Program-made: the position numbers and the translations under genes
Assembly: GCA_963769985.1 (NCBI GenBank)
Contig: CAVYNR010000005.1
Coordinates: 313,133-377,132 of the forward strand
DNA length: 64,000 nucleotides
Reading direction: 5' to 3'
DNA from: an uncultured Actinomycetes bacterium
Lineage (GTDB): Bacteria > Actinomycetota > Acidimicrobiia > Acidimicrobiales > JACCXE01
Part shown: positions 18,449 through 29,043 of the stretch, in pieces
Layout of the letters: every line of letters begins with the position of its first letter
Position numbering within the stretch: position 1 is the stretch's first letter
Notes under the pieces: generated by a model
Seen by the model: only the letters and a program-made list of their open reading frames with translations
Databases searched by the model: none
Told to the model about the DNA's origin: nothing

Positions 18449-19363
18449 AGGTTTTCGTCGCCGGTGCCACCGGCGTTGTTGGCTGGCGCGCCGTGCGCGA
18501 TCTGGTAGCGGCGGGCCACGAAGTCACCGCGCTCGCCCGATCCGATGAGAAGGCCAAGCTCGTCTCCGATCTCGGCGCCAAACCGGTCGCGTTCGACGTC
18601 TTCGACGCCGCCGACGTGCTCGCCAACGCGGCGGGTCACGACGCAGTGGTGAACCTGCTCACCCACATCCCGCCGATGACAAAAGCGGCGGTGCCAGGCG
18701 CGTGGAAAGAAAACAACCGCCTGCGGAGCGAGGCGTCGCTGAACCTGTCGGCCGCGGCGCTCGACGGCGGCGGCTTTTACGTGCAGGAAAGCATCACGTT
18801 CCTCTACGTGGACGCGGGCGACGAATGGCTCACCGAGGAGTCGCCGCGCGATGCGACCCCGCTCGTGGAGTCGACGAACGCGGCCGAGGCCGCGGCCGAC
18901 AGCGTTACGGCACACGGTGGTACCGGCATCGTCTTGCGTTTCGCGCAGTTCTACGCTCCGGAGGCTTCGCACACGCGTGTCGCAACTGAGCGCCGCGCGT
19001 CGCGGCGTCGCGCCTGTGTTGGGCGACCCAGATGGCTACGCCACCTTCATCTATGCCGACGACGCCGCCAGTTCGGTTGTCGCATCGCTCGGTGCGCCCG
19101 CGGGGATCTACAACGTCGCTGAGGATGAACCCTTGACCCGACGCGAGAGCGCCGTCGTAATGGCTGAAGTGCTCGGCAAGAAGAAGGTGCGCACCGGTTT
19201 GTCCCGCGTGCTCGGCAAGGTCGTGGGCTCCCAAGGCAGTCTGCTCTCGCGCAGCAACCGCGTCAGCAACGCGAAGTTCAAGCAAGCGACTGGCTGGGCG
19301 CCAGCGGTTCCGTCACAACGCGAGGGCTGGCCCCTCATCCTCAAGGAGATGGCCGATGACTGA
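18445..19363 (+). pseudogene. NAD(P)H-binding / NAD-dependent epimerase-type SDR protein, frameshift near 18970
   Basis: MKVFVAGATGVVGWRAV... (Rossmann). The ATGA start overlaps the Rrf2 stop. The C-terminal part is in ORF 18851..19363. Confidence 0.8.
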
Positions 19364-19781
19364 TCGCTGGATCCGCCTGCTGCTCGCCTTTCAGGGTGTG
19401 GGCCTGGTCGCGGTGGCCATTTGGCCGCTCTTGGACCCGCAAGGCTTCTACGACAACTTCCCGGGCGGGGGCCGCCACTGGATCGACATCAACGGTCCGT
19501 ACAACGAACACTTCATTCGCGACTTCGGCGCGCTCAACGCCGCGCTCTTGGTGGTCGTGATTGTCGCGTTTTGGAAGCTGACACCGTCGCTCGTGCAAGC
19601 GAGCGCGGTCGCGCTGATGGTCTACACGTTGCCGCATCTGATCTATCACCTTGACCATATCGACGTATACGCCTCCAGCGACAAGGTTCCCGCCGTCGCA
19701 CCGCTGGCGCTGCAGTTCATCGCCGCGGGCGTGATGCTGTGGCTTAGCGCTCGGCGACAGCCGGAGAGCGCTACGCGCTGA
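19356..19781 (+). CDS. Hypothetical integral membrane protein
   Basis: 141 aa with about four hydrophobic helices. Overlaps the preceding gene's end by 8 nt. Confidence 0.55.
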   Translation: MTDRWIRLLLAFQGVGLVAVAIWPLLDPQGFYDNFPGGGRHWIDINGPYNEHFIRDFGALNAALLVVVIVAFWKLTPSLVQASAVALMVYTLPHLIYHLDHIDVYASSDKVPAVAPLALQFIAAGVMLWLSARRQPESATR

Positions 19782-21355
19782 GGTCGGCTTCTTTCACTGA
19801 GCAGTCGCGCCCGAAGACGAGGGCGCGGTCGAAGGACTTGAGGAACCACCGGTCGTGACTCACGGCCACGACGGTTCCCTCAAACGATGCGAGGGCTTCT
19901 TCGAGCGCCTCAGCCGACACCAAGTCCAAGTTGTCGGTCGGCTCGTCGAGCAGCAGCAGCGTCGCGCCGGATAGTTCGAGCAGCAGTACCTGTAGGCGCG
20001 CTTGCTGCCCGCCCGACAACGTTTCGAACGGCTGCTCGGCTGCGCTGGTGAGTTCGTAACGGCGCGGACGCGACATCGCCTGGCCGAGCGTGAGGTCGCG
20101 GGCGGTGAGGATGTCGATCACCTTTTGACCGATGAGCTCGGGATGGTCATGGGTTTGGCTGAAGTGGCCGGCCTTGACGCGGGCGCCGAGTTCGGCTTTG
20201 CCTTCGTGGCCGATGCGCGCGCCGGCAAGCAGCTTGAGGAAGTGCGTCTTGCCTGTGCCGTTGGGCCCGATGATGGCGACGCGCTCGCCGAACCAGATCT
20301 CACCGGTGTACGGATCGGTCAGTCCGTCGATGGCGAGGTCCTCCATGATCACGACGCGCTTGCCCGTGCGACCGCCGCCGAGGCGCATGTTGATGTTCTG
20401 GTCCTTGGCCGCCTCGGGCGGCGGACCCGCTTCCTCGAAGTGACGCAGGCGCGTCTCGGCGGCACGGCGCACGCGCCGCATTGGCGTCGGACATCCCCGC
20501 GCGGATCTTCATGATGCGCATGTACGCCTTGAGGCGGTCGCGCTCGTCGGTCCAACGGCGGAAGTCGTCGTCGAGCTTGGCGAGCCGGTCTTGGCGCGCT
20601 TGGTGGTAGGTCGCGAAGCCCGCGCCGTGCACCCATGCGCCGGAGCCTTCGAGGGTGAGTACGCGCTTGGCGCTGTCGGCGAGGAGTTGGCGGTCATGGG
20701 TCACGTAGAGGACGGTCTTGGTGGTGTTGCGCAGCTGCTCGGCCAGCCAGTTCTTGCCGCGTACGTCGAGGAAGTTGTCGGGCTCGTCGAGCAGCAACAC
20801 GTCGACCTCGCTCCGAAGGAGGACCTCGAGCGCGAGGCGTTTCTGCTCGCCCCCCGACAGCGTTGTCAGTGGTCGCTCCATCAGCTCCGCGTAGGGCGCG
20901 CGGATAGCCGCGAGGCACGCAGCGTCCCACACGATCTCGAGCTCGAAGCCGCCGACGTCGCCCCACGTCGTCACGTCGCGGGCCACGCGCATGCCGTGCG
21001 CCTCGCTCGGGTCTTCGGCGAGGAGTTGCTCGGCGCGGTGCAATTCAGTGGCGGCCGCGATCTGGGCGGGCTCGGCCAATCCGACCAACAAGTCGCGCAC
21101 GGTCTCGGACTGCCCGCGCATGCCCACCAACTGGCGCATGACGCCGACGCGGCCGTCGATCCGGATAGTTCCGTCAAGCGGCTTGTCGTCGCCCGCGAGC
21201 AGCCGCAGGAGGGTGGTTTTGCCCACGCCGTTGTCACCTACGAGGGCGGTGACCGAGCCGTTTCCGACGCTGAAGGACACGTCTTTGAACAGCGTTCGAC
21301 CACCCGGGACCTGGTACGCCAAATTCGCAACGCTGATGGCGCCCACAGCTGCCAA
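19771..21355 (-). pseudogene. ABC-F family ATPase (two fused ABC domains, no permease), frameshift near 20480
   Basis: Two Walker A motifs ([18 protein letters not shown]) and two signatures ([16 protein letters not shown]). The halves are in ORFs 20300..21355 and 19771..20481. Confidence 0.85.
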
Positions 21356-21391
21356 GCTAGGTCACGAAAAGTCGTTGGCTGGGAGCCATTA

Positions 21392-23188
21392 ATGGGACGA
21401 CAATCGGCGAGCCCTATGCATCTGCAAGCGCTTTGGCGCGTCCGTAGCTATGTGAAGCCCCATCTGCGAACGATGGTGCTCATGATCGTCGCCGCCCTGG
21501 TGGGCACCGTCGTGGCCGCCTATCTGCCGATGATCACCAAGCAGATGATCGACGGGCCGCTCTCCGACGGCGACCGGCCGGGCGTGTGGCCAATTGCGTT
21601 GCTGTTCCTCGCGGTCGGCGCGGTCGACGGCGGCCTCGCCTTCATCCGTCGCCTGATGCTCGCCTACGCCGCCACCGAAATGGAAACGGTGATGCGCAAC
21701 GACTTCTACGCGCACATCCAGCGGCTCGACCTCGCCTTCCACGACCGCTGGCAGACCGGCCAGCTCTTGTCGCGCGCCAACAGCGACATCTCCGTCATCC
21801 GGCGCTTCGTCGGCTTCGGCCTGGTCTTCCTGATCGTCAACATCGCCACGTTCATCTACGTGATCGGCCTCCTGGCCACGATGCACCTCGGCTTGGCGCT
21901 GCTGACCGCGGTCGGCTTCCTGCCGGTCCCGTTCATTTCCCGCTCGTTCAACCGTTCCTACGGAACCGTCACCCGTCAAGTGCAAGATCAGATCGGCGAC
22001 CTCACCACGCAGATCGAAGAGGCGGCGCAAGGCGTGCGCGTCATCAAGGCGTACGGGCGGCGCGAGACGATGCTCGCCAAATTCATGGCGGCGTCGAAGC
22101 AGATTCAGCACACGTCGATGGAGCAGACGCGGCTACGCGCTCGGTTCTTCGGATTGCTCGGCGTCGTGCCGAAGGCCGCGCAGGGGCTGGTATTGCTCGC
22201 GGGCGCCTACGCGGTCGCGCACCGGTCGCTCACGATCGGCGAGTTGGTCGCGTTCTTCACGCTGATGGTGCTCCTGGTGTGGCCGGTCGAGTCGCTCGGC
22301 GAGATCCTGTCGATGGGCGAGGAGGCCGCGACCGCGGCCGAGCGCATTTACGAGGTGTTCGACACACCGGCACTCATCGCCGACAAGCCCGACGCCGTCG
22401 ATGCGCGCACCGAGGGTCCGGCGCACATTTGTTTCGACAACGTCGGCTTCACCTTCCCGGGCGCGACCGAGCCAGTGCTAAAGGGCGTCAACCTTGAGAT
22501 CGCGGCCGGTGAAACCATCGCGCTCGTCGGCGCAACCGGATCGGGCAAGACCACCCTCCTGGCGATGATCGGACGTCTGATCGATCCCTCCGAGGGCGCG
22601 GTGCTGCTCGACGACGTTGACGTGCGCGACCTCAAACTGGCGTCGCTGCGCTCGCGCGTATCGGTCGCGTTCGACGACCCGACGCTGTTCTCGGCTTCCG
22701 TGCGCGAGAACGTGTTGCTCGGTGCCATCGGCGCAAGCGACGACGCGTTGCGCGCCGCGCTGGAGGTGGCGGCGGCCACGTTCGTCGACGAACTGCCCTG
22801 GGGTCTCGACACGCGCGTCGGCGAGCAAGGCATCTCGTTGAGCGGTGGCCAGCGCCAGCGACTCGCATTGGCCCGCGCCGTCGTCGGCCGGCCGGCGGTG
22901 CTGGTCATGGACGATCCGCTTTCGGCGCTCGACGTTCGCACCGAAGAAGCCGTCCATCAGGCGCTGCACGCGACGCTGCGCGAAGTCACCGCGATCATCG
23001 CCGTGCACCGCCCGTCAACCGTCGCGCTCGCCGACCGCGTCGCGTTCTTGCAGGACGGGCGCATCGCCGCCGTCGGCACCCACGCCGACCTGTTGCAAAC
23101 AAATCCGGCGTACGCCGCGGTCATCGGCGACGAGCCCGCAGTGTTGCATCACGATTTCGCCGGCGAGAACGCGGAGGAGGTGGCGTAG
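21392..23188 (+). CDS. ABC transporter permease/ATP-binding protein (exporter half, MdlA-like)
   Basis: N-terminal 6-TM domain plus GATGSGKTT, LSGGQRQRLALARA and VLVMDDPLSALD. GGGAG RBS before the ATG at 21392. Confidence 0.9.
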   Translation: MGRQSASPMHLQALWRVRSYVKPHLRTMVLMIVAALVGTVVAAYLPMITKQMIDGPLSDGDRPGVWPIALLFLAVGAVDGGLAFIRRLMLAYAATEMETVMRNDFYAHIQRLDLAFHDRWQTGQLLSRANSDISVIRRFVGFGLVFLIVNIATFIYVIGLLATMHLGLALLTAVGFLPVPFISRSFNRSYGTVTRQVQDQIGDLTTQIEEAAQGVRVIKAYGRRETMLAKFMAASKQIQHTSMEQTRLRARFFGLLGVVPKAAQGLVLLAGAYAVAHRSLTIGELVAFFTLMVLLVWPVESLGEILSMGEEAATAAERIYEVFDTPALIADKPDAVDARTEGPAHICFDNVGFTFPGATEPVLKGVNLEIAAGETIALVGATGSGKTTLLAMIGRLIDPSEGAVLLDDVDVRDLKLASLRSRVSVAFDDPTLFSASVRENVLLGAIGASDDALRAALEVAAATFVDELPWGLDTRVGEQGISLSGGQRQRLALARAVVGRPAVLVMDDPLSALDVRTEEAVHQALHATLREVTAIIAVHRPSTVALADRVAFLQDGRIAAVGTHADLLQTNPAYAAVIGDEPAVLHHDFAGENAEEVA

Positions 23189-24966
23189 TGAGCAAAGCCG
23201 ATTGGCGCGGCGTAGCCGCCGAAGACATCGACAATGTCACCTCGTCGCTCGGTGCGTTCCTGCGCGGCCGCAGCAAGGTCCTGCTTGTTTCCCTGCTGAA
23301 GCCGCACATGCGCCGCGTCTACGGGTCCTTCGCGGTGATCATGGTTTACAACGCGTGCGCGCTCGCCGGGCCGTTCCTCGTGAAGCTGGCGATCGACGAC
23401 GGCATCCCGCGCATGCTCGACGGGCGCGGCTCGACCCGCCTGCTGACGATCGTCGCCATCTTCGTGGCGAGTGGCGCGTTGGCTGGCGCGTCCGACTACC
23501 AGTTCACGAAGATGACCGGCTCAATCGGCCAGAAGATCCTGCTTGAGCTCCGCAAGCGGTTGTTCGACCACTTCCAGCGGCTCAGCTTGAGCTTCCACGA
23601 GCGCTACACGTCGGGCCGCGTTATCAGTCGGCTGACGTCCGATGTCGACGCGCTCGCCGAGTTGCTGGCCTACGGGCTGACGACGCTGTCATGGTCGGTG
23701 CTGTTCCTGATCGGCATCACCGGGTTCATGTTCGCGCTCGACGTTGAGCTCGCCCTCGTGGCCATGGTGTCGCTGCCGTTCGTGATCGGGCTGACCATTT
23801 GGTTCCGGGCCCGCTCGTCGCTGGCGTTCCGCGCCACGCGCGAAGGAGTCACCGGCGTCATCGTCCAGTTCGTCGAAACCGTTGGCGGCATGCGCGCCGT
23901 CGCCGCCTTCCGGCGTGAGCCGCGCAACGACGAGATCTTCGCCGACCTCGACGACAAGTACCGCAAGGCCAACGTGTGGTCGATGCGCCTCGGCGCGATC
24001 TACGGCCCCGGCACACGCCTGATCGGTAACGGTGCGGCGGCGGGCATCCTGCTCATCGGTTCCTACCGCGTGCTCGGCGGTGAGATCACCGTTGGCGTGC
24101 TGGCGGCGTTCCTGCTCTACATGAAGCAGTTCTTCGAGCCGGTGCAGGAGCTGAGCCAGTTCTACAGCGTGTTCCAGTCCGCGGCCGCCGCGCTCGAAAA
24201 GCTCGCGGGCGTGCTCGAAGAAGCGCCGGTGGTCGTCGAACCTGAGGACCCCACCGCGCTGCTGCCGACCGGCAAGGTCACGTTCGACCACGTCGGCTTC
24301 GCGTACCGGGTCGGGCGGCCAGTGCTGCACGACATCAACCTCGAAATTCCCGCCGGGTCGACCATCGCGCTGGTCGGTCGCACCGGCGCGGGCAAGTCGA
24401 CGATCGCCCGTCTGCTGTCGCGCTTTTACGACCCGACCGAAGGCCGCGTACTGCTCGACGGCGTCGACCTGCGCCGGCTCTCCGACGCCGACCTGCGCAC
24501 GGCGATCGTCGCCGTGACCCAAGAAAGCTTCCTGTTCGACGGGACCGTCGCGTGGAACATCGGTCTCGGTCGACCGGCGGCGTCGCGACGCGAAGTCGAA
24601 GCCGCGGCCGAGGCCATCGGTGCCCACGAGTTCATCCGCGCGCTGCCCGAGGGCTACGACACCGACGTCGCCAAGCGCGGTGGGCGCCTGTCGTCTGGTC
24701 AGCGGCAGCTGGTGAGCTTCGCCCGCGCCTTTCTGGCCGACCCGCGCGTGCTGATCCTCGACGAAGCGACCAGCTCGCTCGACCTTCCGACCGAGCGGCT
24801 GGTGCAGAAGGCACTGGGCACGCTGCTGGCGGACCGCACCGCGGTGATCATCGCCCACCGCCTCTCGACGGTCGAGATCGCCGACCGCGTCCTCGTCATC
24901 GACGACGGCCGCATCATCGCCGACGGCCCCCCCGACGACGTCCTGCCGACCCTCCGTATCGCCTAA
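23188..24966 (+). CDS. ABC transporter permease/ATP-binding protein (exporter half, MdlB-like)
   Basis: GRTGAGKST, LSSGQRQLVSFARA, ILILDEATSSLD. The GTG start overlaps the upstream stop. Confidence 0.9.
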   Translation: MSKADWRGVAAEDIDNVTSSLGAFLRGRSKVLLVSLLKPHMRRVYGSFAVIMVYNACALAGPFLVKLAIDDGIPRMLDGRGSTRLLTIVAIFVASGALAGASDYQFTKMTGSIGQKILLELRKRLFDHFQRLSLSFHERYTSGRVISRLTSDVDALAELLAYGLTTLSWSVLFLIGITGFMFALDVELALVAMVSLPFVIGLTIWFRARSSLAFRATREGVTGVIVQFVETVGGMRAVAAFRREPRNDEIFADLDDKYRKANVWSMRLGAIYGPGTRLIGNGAAAGILLIGSYRVLGGEITVGVLAAFLLYMKQFFEPVQELSQFYSVFQSAAAALEKLAGVLEEAPVVVEPEDPTALLPTGKVTFDHVGFAYRVGRPVLHDINLEIPAGSTIALVGRTGAGKSTIARLLSRFYDPTEGRVLLDGVDLRRLSDADLRTAIVAVTQESFLFDGTVAWNIGLGRPAASRREVEAAAEAIGAHEFIRALPEGYDTDVAKRGGRLSSGQRQLVSFARAFLADPRVLILDEATSSLDLPTERLVQKALGTLLADRTAVIIAHRLSTVEIADRVLVIDDGRIIADGPPDDVLPTLRIA

Positions 24967-24978
24967 CCCGAAGCGGGT

Positions 24979-25773
24979 TTAGGAACTGAGGAAGCGGTAG
25001 CGGGTGCCGGTGCCGCGCAGGACCCGACCGAATTCGAGGCCGGGGAAGTGGGCGGCGCCGACGAGGTCGTCGGTGCCTTCCATCTCGCGCCACAACAACT
25101 CACGGGTGCGCGCCGCCATCTTGGGGTCGACGTCGCTCATCGCGAAGAAGTCCGGCTCCTCCAATTGCAGCGGGCACTCGACGGCGTCGCCGAGCAGGAA
25201 CGCCCGCTCTTCGCGTGACGACACGACCAGGCAGTAGTGCCCGAGCGTGTGGCCCGGCGTCGCCCGCGCCGTGAGACCGGGCGCCAGCGCAACCATGTCG
25301 CCCTCGATGGGCTGGAGCCGGTCGGCGTCGGCCAGCGACTCCATGACGTGACGGGTGTGGTCGTCGGCGTCGGCGGCGGTGACGAACTGGTCCCAGTCGG
25401 CGTGGCCGTAACGGACCGTCGCGTTCGGGAAGAGCGGTTGGCCGTTCGACGCCAGCCCGCCGATGTGGTCGACGTGGAGGTGAGACGCCACCACCATGTC
25501 GATGTCGGCCGGTGACACGCCGTGGGCCGCCAGTCCCGCCGGCAGGTCGCCGCCCTTGGCCCAGCTGGCTTGGACGTCGGGGCCCAGACCGGCGTCGAGC
25601 AACACCGTCACGTCGCCTGTGCGCAACAGGTAGCAGCCGATGGGGATGTGCACCTTGCCGTCGTCGGCGAGCAACTCGGGGTGCGTGTCGAAGTCGAGCC
25701 CGATGTAGAACTGCTGGGGCAGCTTGCACATGCCGTCCGAGAGCGGGATCAGTTCGATGTCGCCGATGAACAT
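24979..25773 (-). CDS. MBL-fold metallo-hydrolase
   Basis: VASHLHVDHIGG (HxHxDH). Start taken at MFIGDIELIP. Confidence 0.85.
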   Translation of the reverse strand: MFIGDIELIPLSDGMCKLPQQFYIGLDFDTHPELLADDGKVHIPIGCYLLRTGDVTVLLDAGLGPDVQASWAKGGDLPAGLAAHGVSPADIDMVVASHLHVDHIGGLASNGQPLFPNATVRYGHADWDQFVTAADADDHTRHVMESLADADRLQPIEGDMVALAPGLTARATPGHTLGHYCLVVSSREERAFLLGDAVECPLQLEEPDFFAMSDVDPKMAARTRELLWREMEGTDDLVGAAHFPGLEFGRVLRGTGTRYRFLSS

Positions 25774-25781
25774 GGCGAACC

Positions 25782-26894
25782 TCAGACGGGCTTCGTCAGC
25801 TCCGCGGCTATCGACGATAGGGCGACGCCGCGGCGGGCCTCGCGCACGAGGTGCTGGTCGAGACCGTTGGTCAGGTACACGAACGACAGGCCACTCGCCG
25901 GATCGGCCCACGCGATCTGACCGCCGGCGCCGTTGTGCCCGAAGGTCCCCGGCGACTGCGTCTTGCCAAAGCCGCGCATCGATGCCTTGCCGTCGTCGCC
26001 GGCGAGCACGAGTCCGACGGTGCGGTTCGCCGGCGTGCGGAACAGCGGGTCACCGAAGTGGTTGCGGACGTTGGTCTTCGCGTCGCGAAGCACCCCGTCG
26101 TCCCAGATCCCTTTGTTGTCGTGCAGCAGGCCTTGGTAGAACGCGGCGTACGTCGTTGCGGTCGCGATGCCTCCGCCGCCGGGAACCCCGAGTTCGCGGC
26201 GATCGGGTTCGTTGAAGGAGAGCAACGCTTCGGGCGTCACCTCGCCGACCGGGATCTCCCGGACACCGAGGATCGCCTCCAGTTCGTCGGGCGACATCTT
26301 CTCGCCCACGAGCTGCAGCTCGGCGATGTCCTGCTGATGGTCCGATCCGAGGCCCAACACGCGTGGAAGCCCGAGGGGCTTGGTGACGCGTTGCTCGATC
26401 ACGTCGAGATAGTTCTGGCCCGTCGCCACTTCGATGAGTTCAGCCTGGACCCAGTGCGCGCTCGTCGGGTGGTATTCGTACGCGGTGCCCGGCGCCCAGT
26501 TGGTCTTCCACTTCGCGAAACGGTCGCGCCGACCGGCGCTGGTTGCCATTTCGGCGCCCCACGGATTGCGCGGGAACCCCGACGTGTGCAGCATCACTTG
26601 CTCGACGGTGATGTCTTCCTTCCCGTTGCTGGCGAACTCCGGGATCATGTCGGCGACCTTCGACTCGAGCTTGATCGAGCCTTCCCCCAGGCACGTCCAC
26701 ACCGTGGAGGCGACGAGCGCCTTCGTGGCCGAGAACAACACAAAACGCGTGTCGTCGGTGGCGTCGCCGACGGTGCCGTGCGCGACGATCTCGCCCTCGA
26801 GGCCGACGGCGTACTGCGCCGCCGGCAGCAAACCGGCATCTACTTCGCGGTTGACGCGCTCTTCGAGTCTGGCGAGACGTTCGGGAACAATCAT
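25782..26894 (-). CDS. Serine hydrolase (beta-lactamase/PBP-like family)
   Basis: LFSATKALV (SxxK); 370 aa. Confidence 0.85.
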   Translation of the reverse strand: MIVPERLARLEERVNREVDAGLLPAAQYAVGLEGEIVAHGTVGDATDDTRFVLFSATKALVASTVWTCLGEGSIKLESKVADMIPEFASNGKEDITVEQVMLHTSGFPRNPWGAEMATSAGRRDRFAKWKTNWAPGTAYEYHPTSAHWVQAELIEVATGQNYLDVIEQRVTKPLGLPRVLGLGSDHQQDIAELQLVGEKMSPDELEAILGVREIPVGEVTPEALLSFNEPDRRELGVPGGGGIATATTYAAFYQGLLHDNKGIWDDGVLRDAKTNVRNHFGDPLFRTPANRTVGLVLAGDDGKASMRGFGKTQSPGTFGHNGAGGQIAWADPASGLSFVYLTNGLDQHLVREARRGVALSSIAAELTKPV

Positions 26895-27963
26895 GAAGTC
26901 ACCTCGTAGTAGAGCTTTCCGTTGTCGTGGTGGGATTCGGCGCGTCCAGCCAAGCGTAGGAACTCGAGGTGGGCGTAGGTCTCGCCGTCGGCCATCGGTC
27001 CAAGCTTCTCGGGACGGAACAGGAACGTGCCGAGTTCACGAACCGTCAATCCGTGGCCCGCGTCGGCCGACCCCTTGCGCAGGCGTTCGAAGCGTTCGTG
27101 GTGATGCTCGATGATCTCCTTGGCGCGACCCGGCACGTCGTCGATCACCACGCCGTGGGCGGGAAGCGCCTGCTTCACGTCGGTGAGCTCCGCCGTGCGT
27201 TCGAGCGACGCGAAATAGTCGAGCAACGGGTTCGTCCCGCCGGCCAGACCCGAGATGTAAGGCGTGATGTGGGGCAGCAAATGGTCACCGGTGAAGACGA
27301 AGCCGCCCTCGGGATCGTGGATGCAGAGGTGATCGAGCGTGTGGCCGGGCGTGTGCATCGCGAACATGTCGCGACCGGCGAGACGTAATACGTCGCCGTT
27401 GCGCACGGTCGTGCCGGCTCGGGAACCTTGTAACTCCCCATGAGGCCCGACCGCATCAAGCGGAACATGAGCCGGCGGTGCAGCGGTGCGGGTGGCCGGC
27501 GCATCTGGTCGCCGCCCCACGGGCTCGGCGACATAAACGGGTTGGTCTCGGGCAACGAGTCGTCGTGGGCCATGTCGGTGTCGCCGTGGTTGCAGCGCGG
27601 CTCGCCCGAATTCCAGAACAGATGGAAGTTGTTGTGCGTGATCAGCTTGGCGTTGGCTTCCTTGGCGAGGCGGCCGGCGCAGCCGAAGTGGTCGGGGTGC
27701 GAGTGGGTGACGATGATGGTGTGTACGTCGGTCACCTTGAACCCGGCAGCCTTCAGGCGTTTCTTGACCGCGCTCCACGTCGCGGGACCGGGCACGCCGA
27801 CGTCGATGATGGCGAGGCCGTCGTCGTCGAGCAGGCCGTACATGTTCACGTGCCGCAGGCCGGGCATGGCGATGGGCAACTGCATCTTGAGGATGCCGTT
27901 GCCGAGGTCGGCAATTTCCTCGCTCGCCGGGACCTGCTCGCTCTTCCTGTACGCCTCCGCCAT
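26891..27963 (-). pseudogene. MBL-fold metallo-hydrolase, frameshift near 27420
   Basis: IIVTHSHPDHFG (HxHxDH) is in ORF 27175..27963. The C-terminal part ...HTPGHTLDHLCIHDPEGGFVFTGDHLL... is in ORF 26891..28012. ATGA overlap with the downstream gene. Confidence 0.85.
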
Positions 27964-27972
27964 CCGGGGTGA

Positions 27973-28000
27973 CGCTACTTGACCAACCGGTCAAGTAGCG
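27973..28000. promoter_or_regulatory. Perfect 12-bp inverted repeat CGCTACTTGACC-AACC-GGTCAAGTAGCG in the 51-bp divergent MBL/LLM intergenic; same core as the palindrome at 1047
   Basis: Read from the sequence. The shared core is ACTTGACC-N4-GGTCAAG. Confidence 0.6.
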
Positions 28001-28014
28001 GCGAAGGTTCACCC

Positions 28015-29043
28015 ATGCAGATTTCGACCGCTGTTAATTACGCCGGTGACATCGTCAAGGCCGCGGATACCGTTTCCAAGCTCGAGAGCGCGGGGATCGA
28101 CACGGTCTGGATCGCCGAGGCGTACTCGTTCGACGCCGTCAGCCTCATGGGTTATCTCGCGGCCAAGACCGAAAAGGTGAAGATCGGCTCCGGCATCCTC
28201 AACATCTACAGCCGCACGCCGTCGTGTCTCGGCCAGACCGCGGCCGGCCTCGACGCCGTGAGCAACGGCCGCGCCATTCTCGGGCTCGGCGCGTCGGGCC
28301 CGCAGGTGATCGAGGGCTTCCACGGCATTCCCTACGACCGGCCCCTCGCCCGCACGCGCGAGATCATCGAGATCTGTCGGATGATGTGGCGACGTGAGCC
28401 CGTCACCCACACCGGCATTTACAACCTGCCGTTGCCCGAGGGCCAAGGCACCGGGCTGGGCAAAGCGCTAAAGCTCATCAACCACCCGATCCGCAACGCC
28501 ATCCCGATCTACGTCGCGTCGATCGGCAACAAGAACGTGGCGATGACCGCCGAACTCGCCGACGGGTGGCTGCCGATCTTCTACATGCCCGAGCGAGCCA
28601 ACGACGTGTGGGGCGCCGCGCTGAAGGAAGGGTTGGCGAAACGCTCGGCTGAACTGCCGCCACTCGACGTCGTGGCCGGCGGTCTGTTCGCCATCGGCGA
28701 CGGCCTCGAAGGCATGCGCGACTTCATGCGACCGCAGCTCGCCCTCTACATCGGCGGCATGGGCGCGCGCGGCAAGAACTTCTACAACGAGCTCGCCAGT
28801 CGCTACGGCTACGAGAAGGAGGCCAAGGAGATTCAGGATCTCTATCTCGACGGCAACAAGAAAGAAGCGGCTGAGGTCGTGCCGGCCGAGATGCTCGAGG
28901 CGATGACGCTCGTCGGCCCCGAGGGCTACATCAAGGAGAAGATCGCGGCGTTCAAGGAATCGGGCGTCACGAATCTCCAGGTGATGTCGGTCGGCGCCGA
29001 TCCGATCGCCGACCTCGAAAAGCTCCGCGCCTGGGTCGACTAG
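28015..29043 (+). CDS. LLM-class (luciferase-like) flavin/F420-dependent oxidoreductase
   Basis: MQISTAVNYAG...DTVWIAEAYSFDAVSLMGYLAAKTEKVKIGSGILNIYSRTP... is a typical LLM TIM-barrel. GAAGG RBS upstream. Confidence 0.85.
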   Translation: MQISTAVNYAGDIVKAADTVSKLESAGIDTVWIAEAYSFDAVSLMGYLAAKTEKVKIGSGILNIYSRTPSCLGQTAAGLDAVSNGRAILGLGASGPQVIEGFHGIPYDRPLARTREIIEICRMMWRREPVTHTGIYNLPLPEGQGTGLGKALKLINHPIRNAIPIYVASIGNKNVAMTAELADGWLPIFYMPERANDVWGAALKEGLAKRSAELPPLDVVAGGLFAIGDGLEGMRDFMRPQLALYIGGMGARGKNFYNELASRYGYEKEAKEIQDLYLDGNKKEAAEVVPAEMLEAMTLVGPEGYIKEKIAAFKESGVTNLQVMSVGADPIADLEKLRAWVD

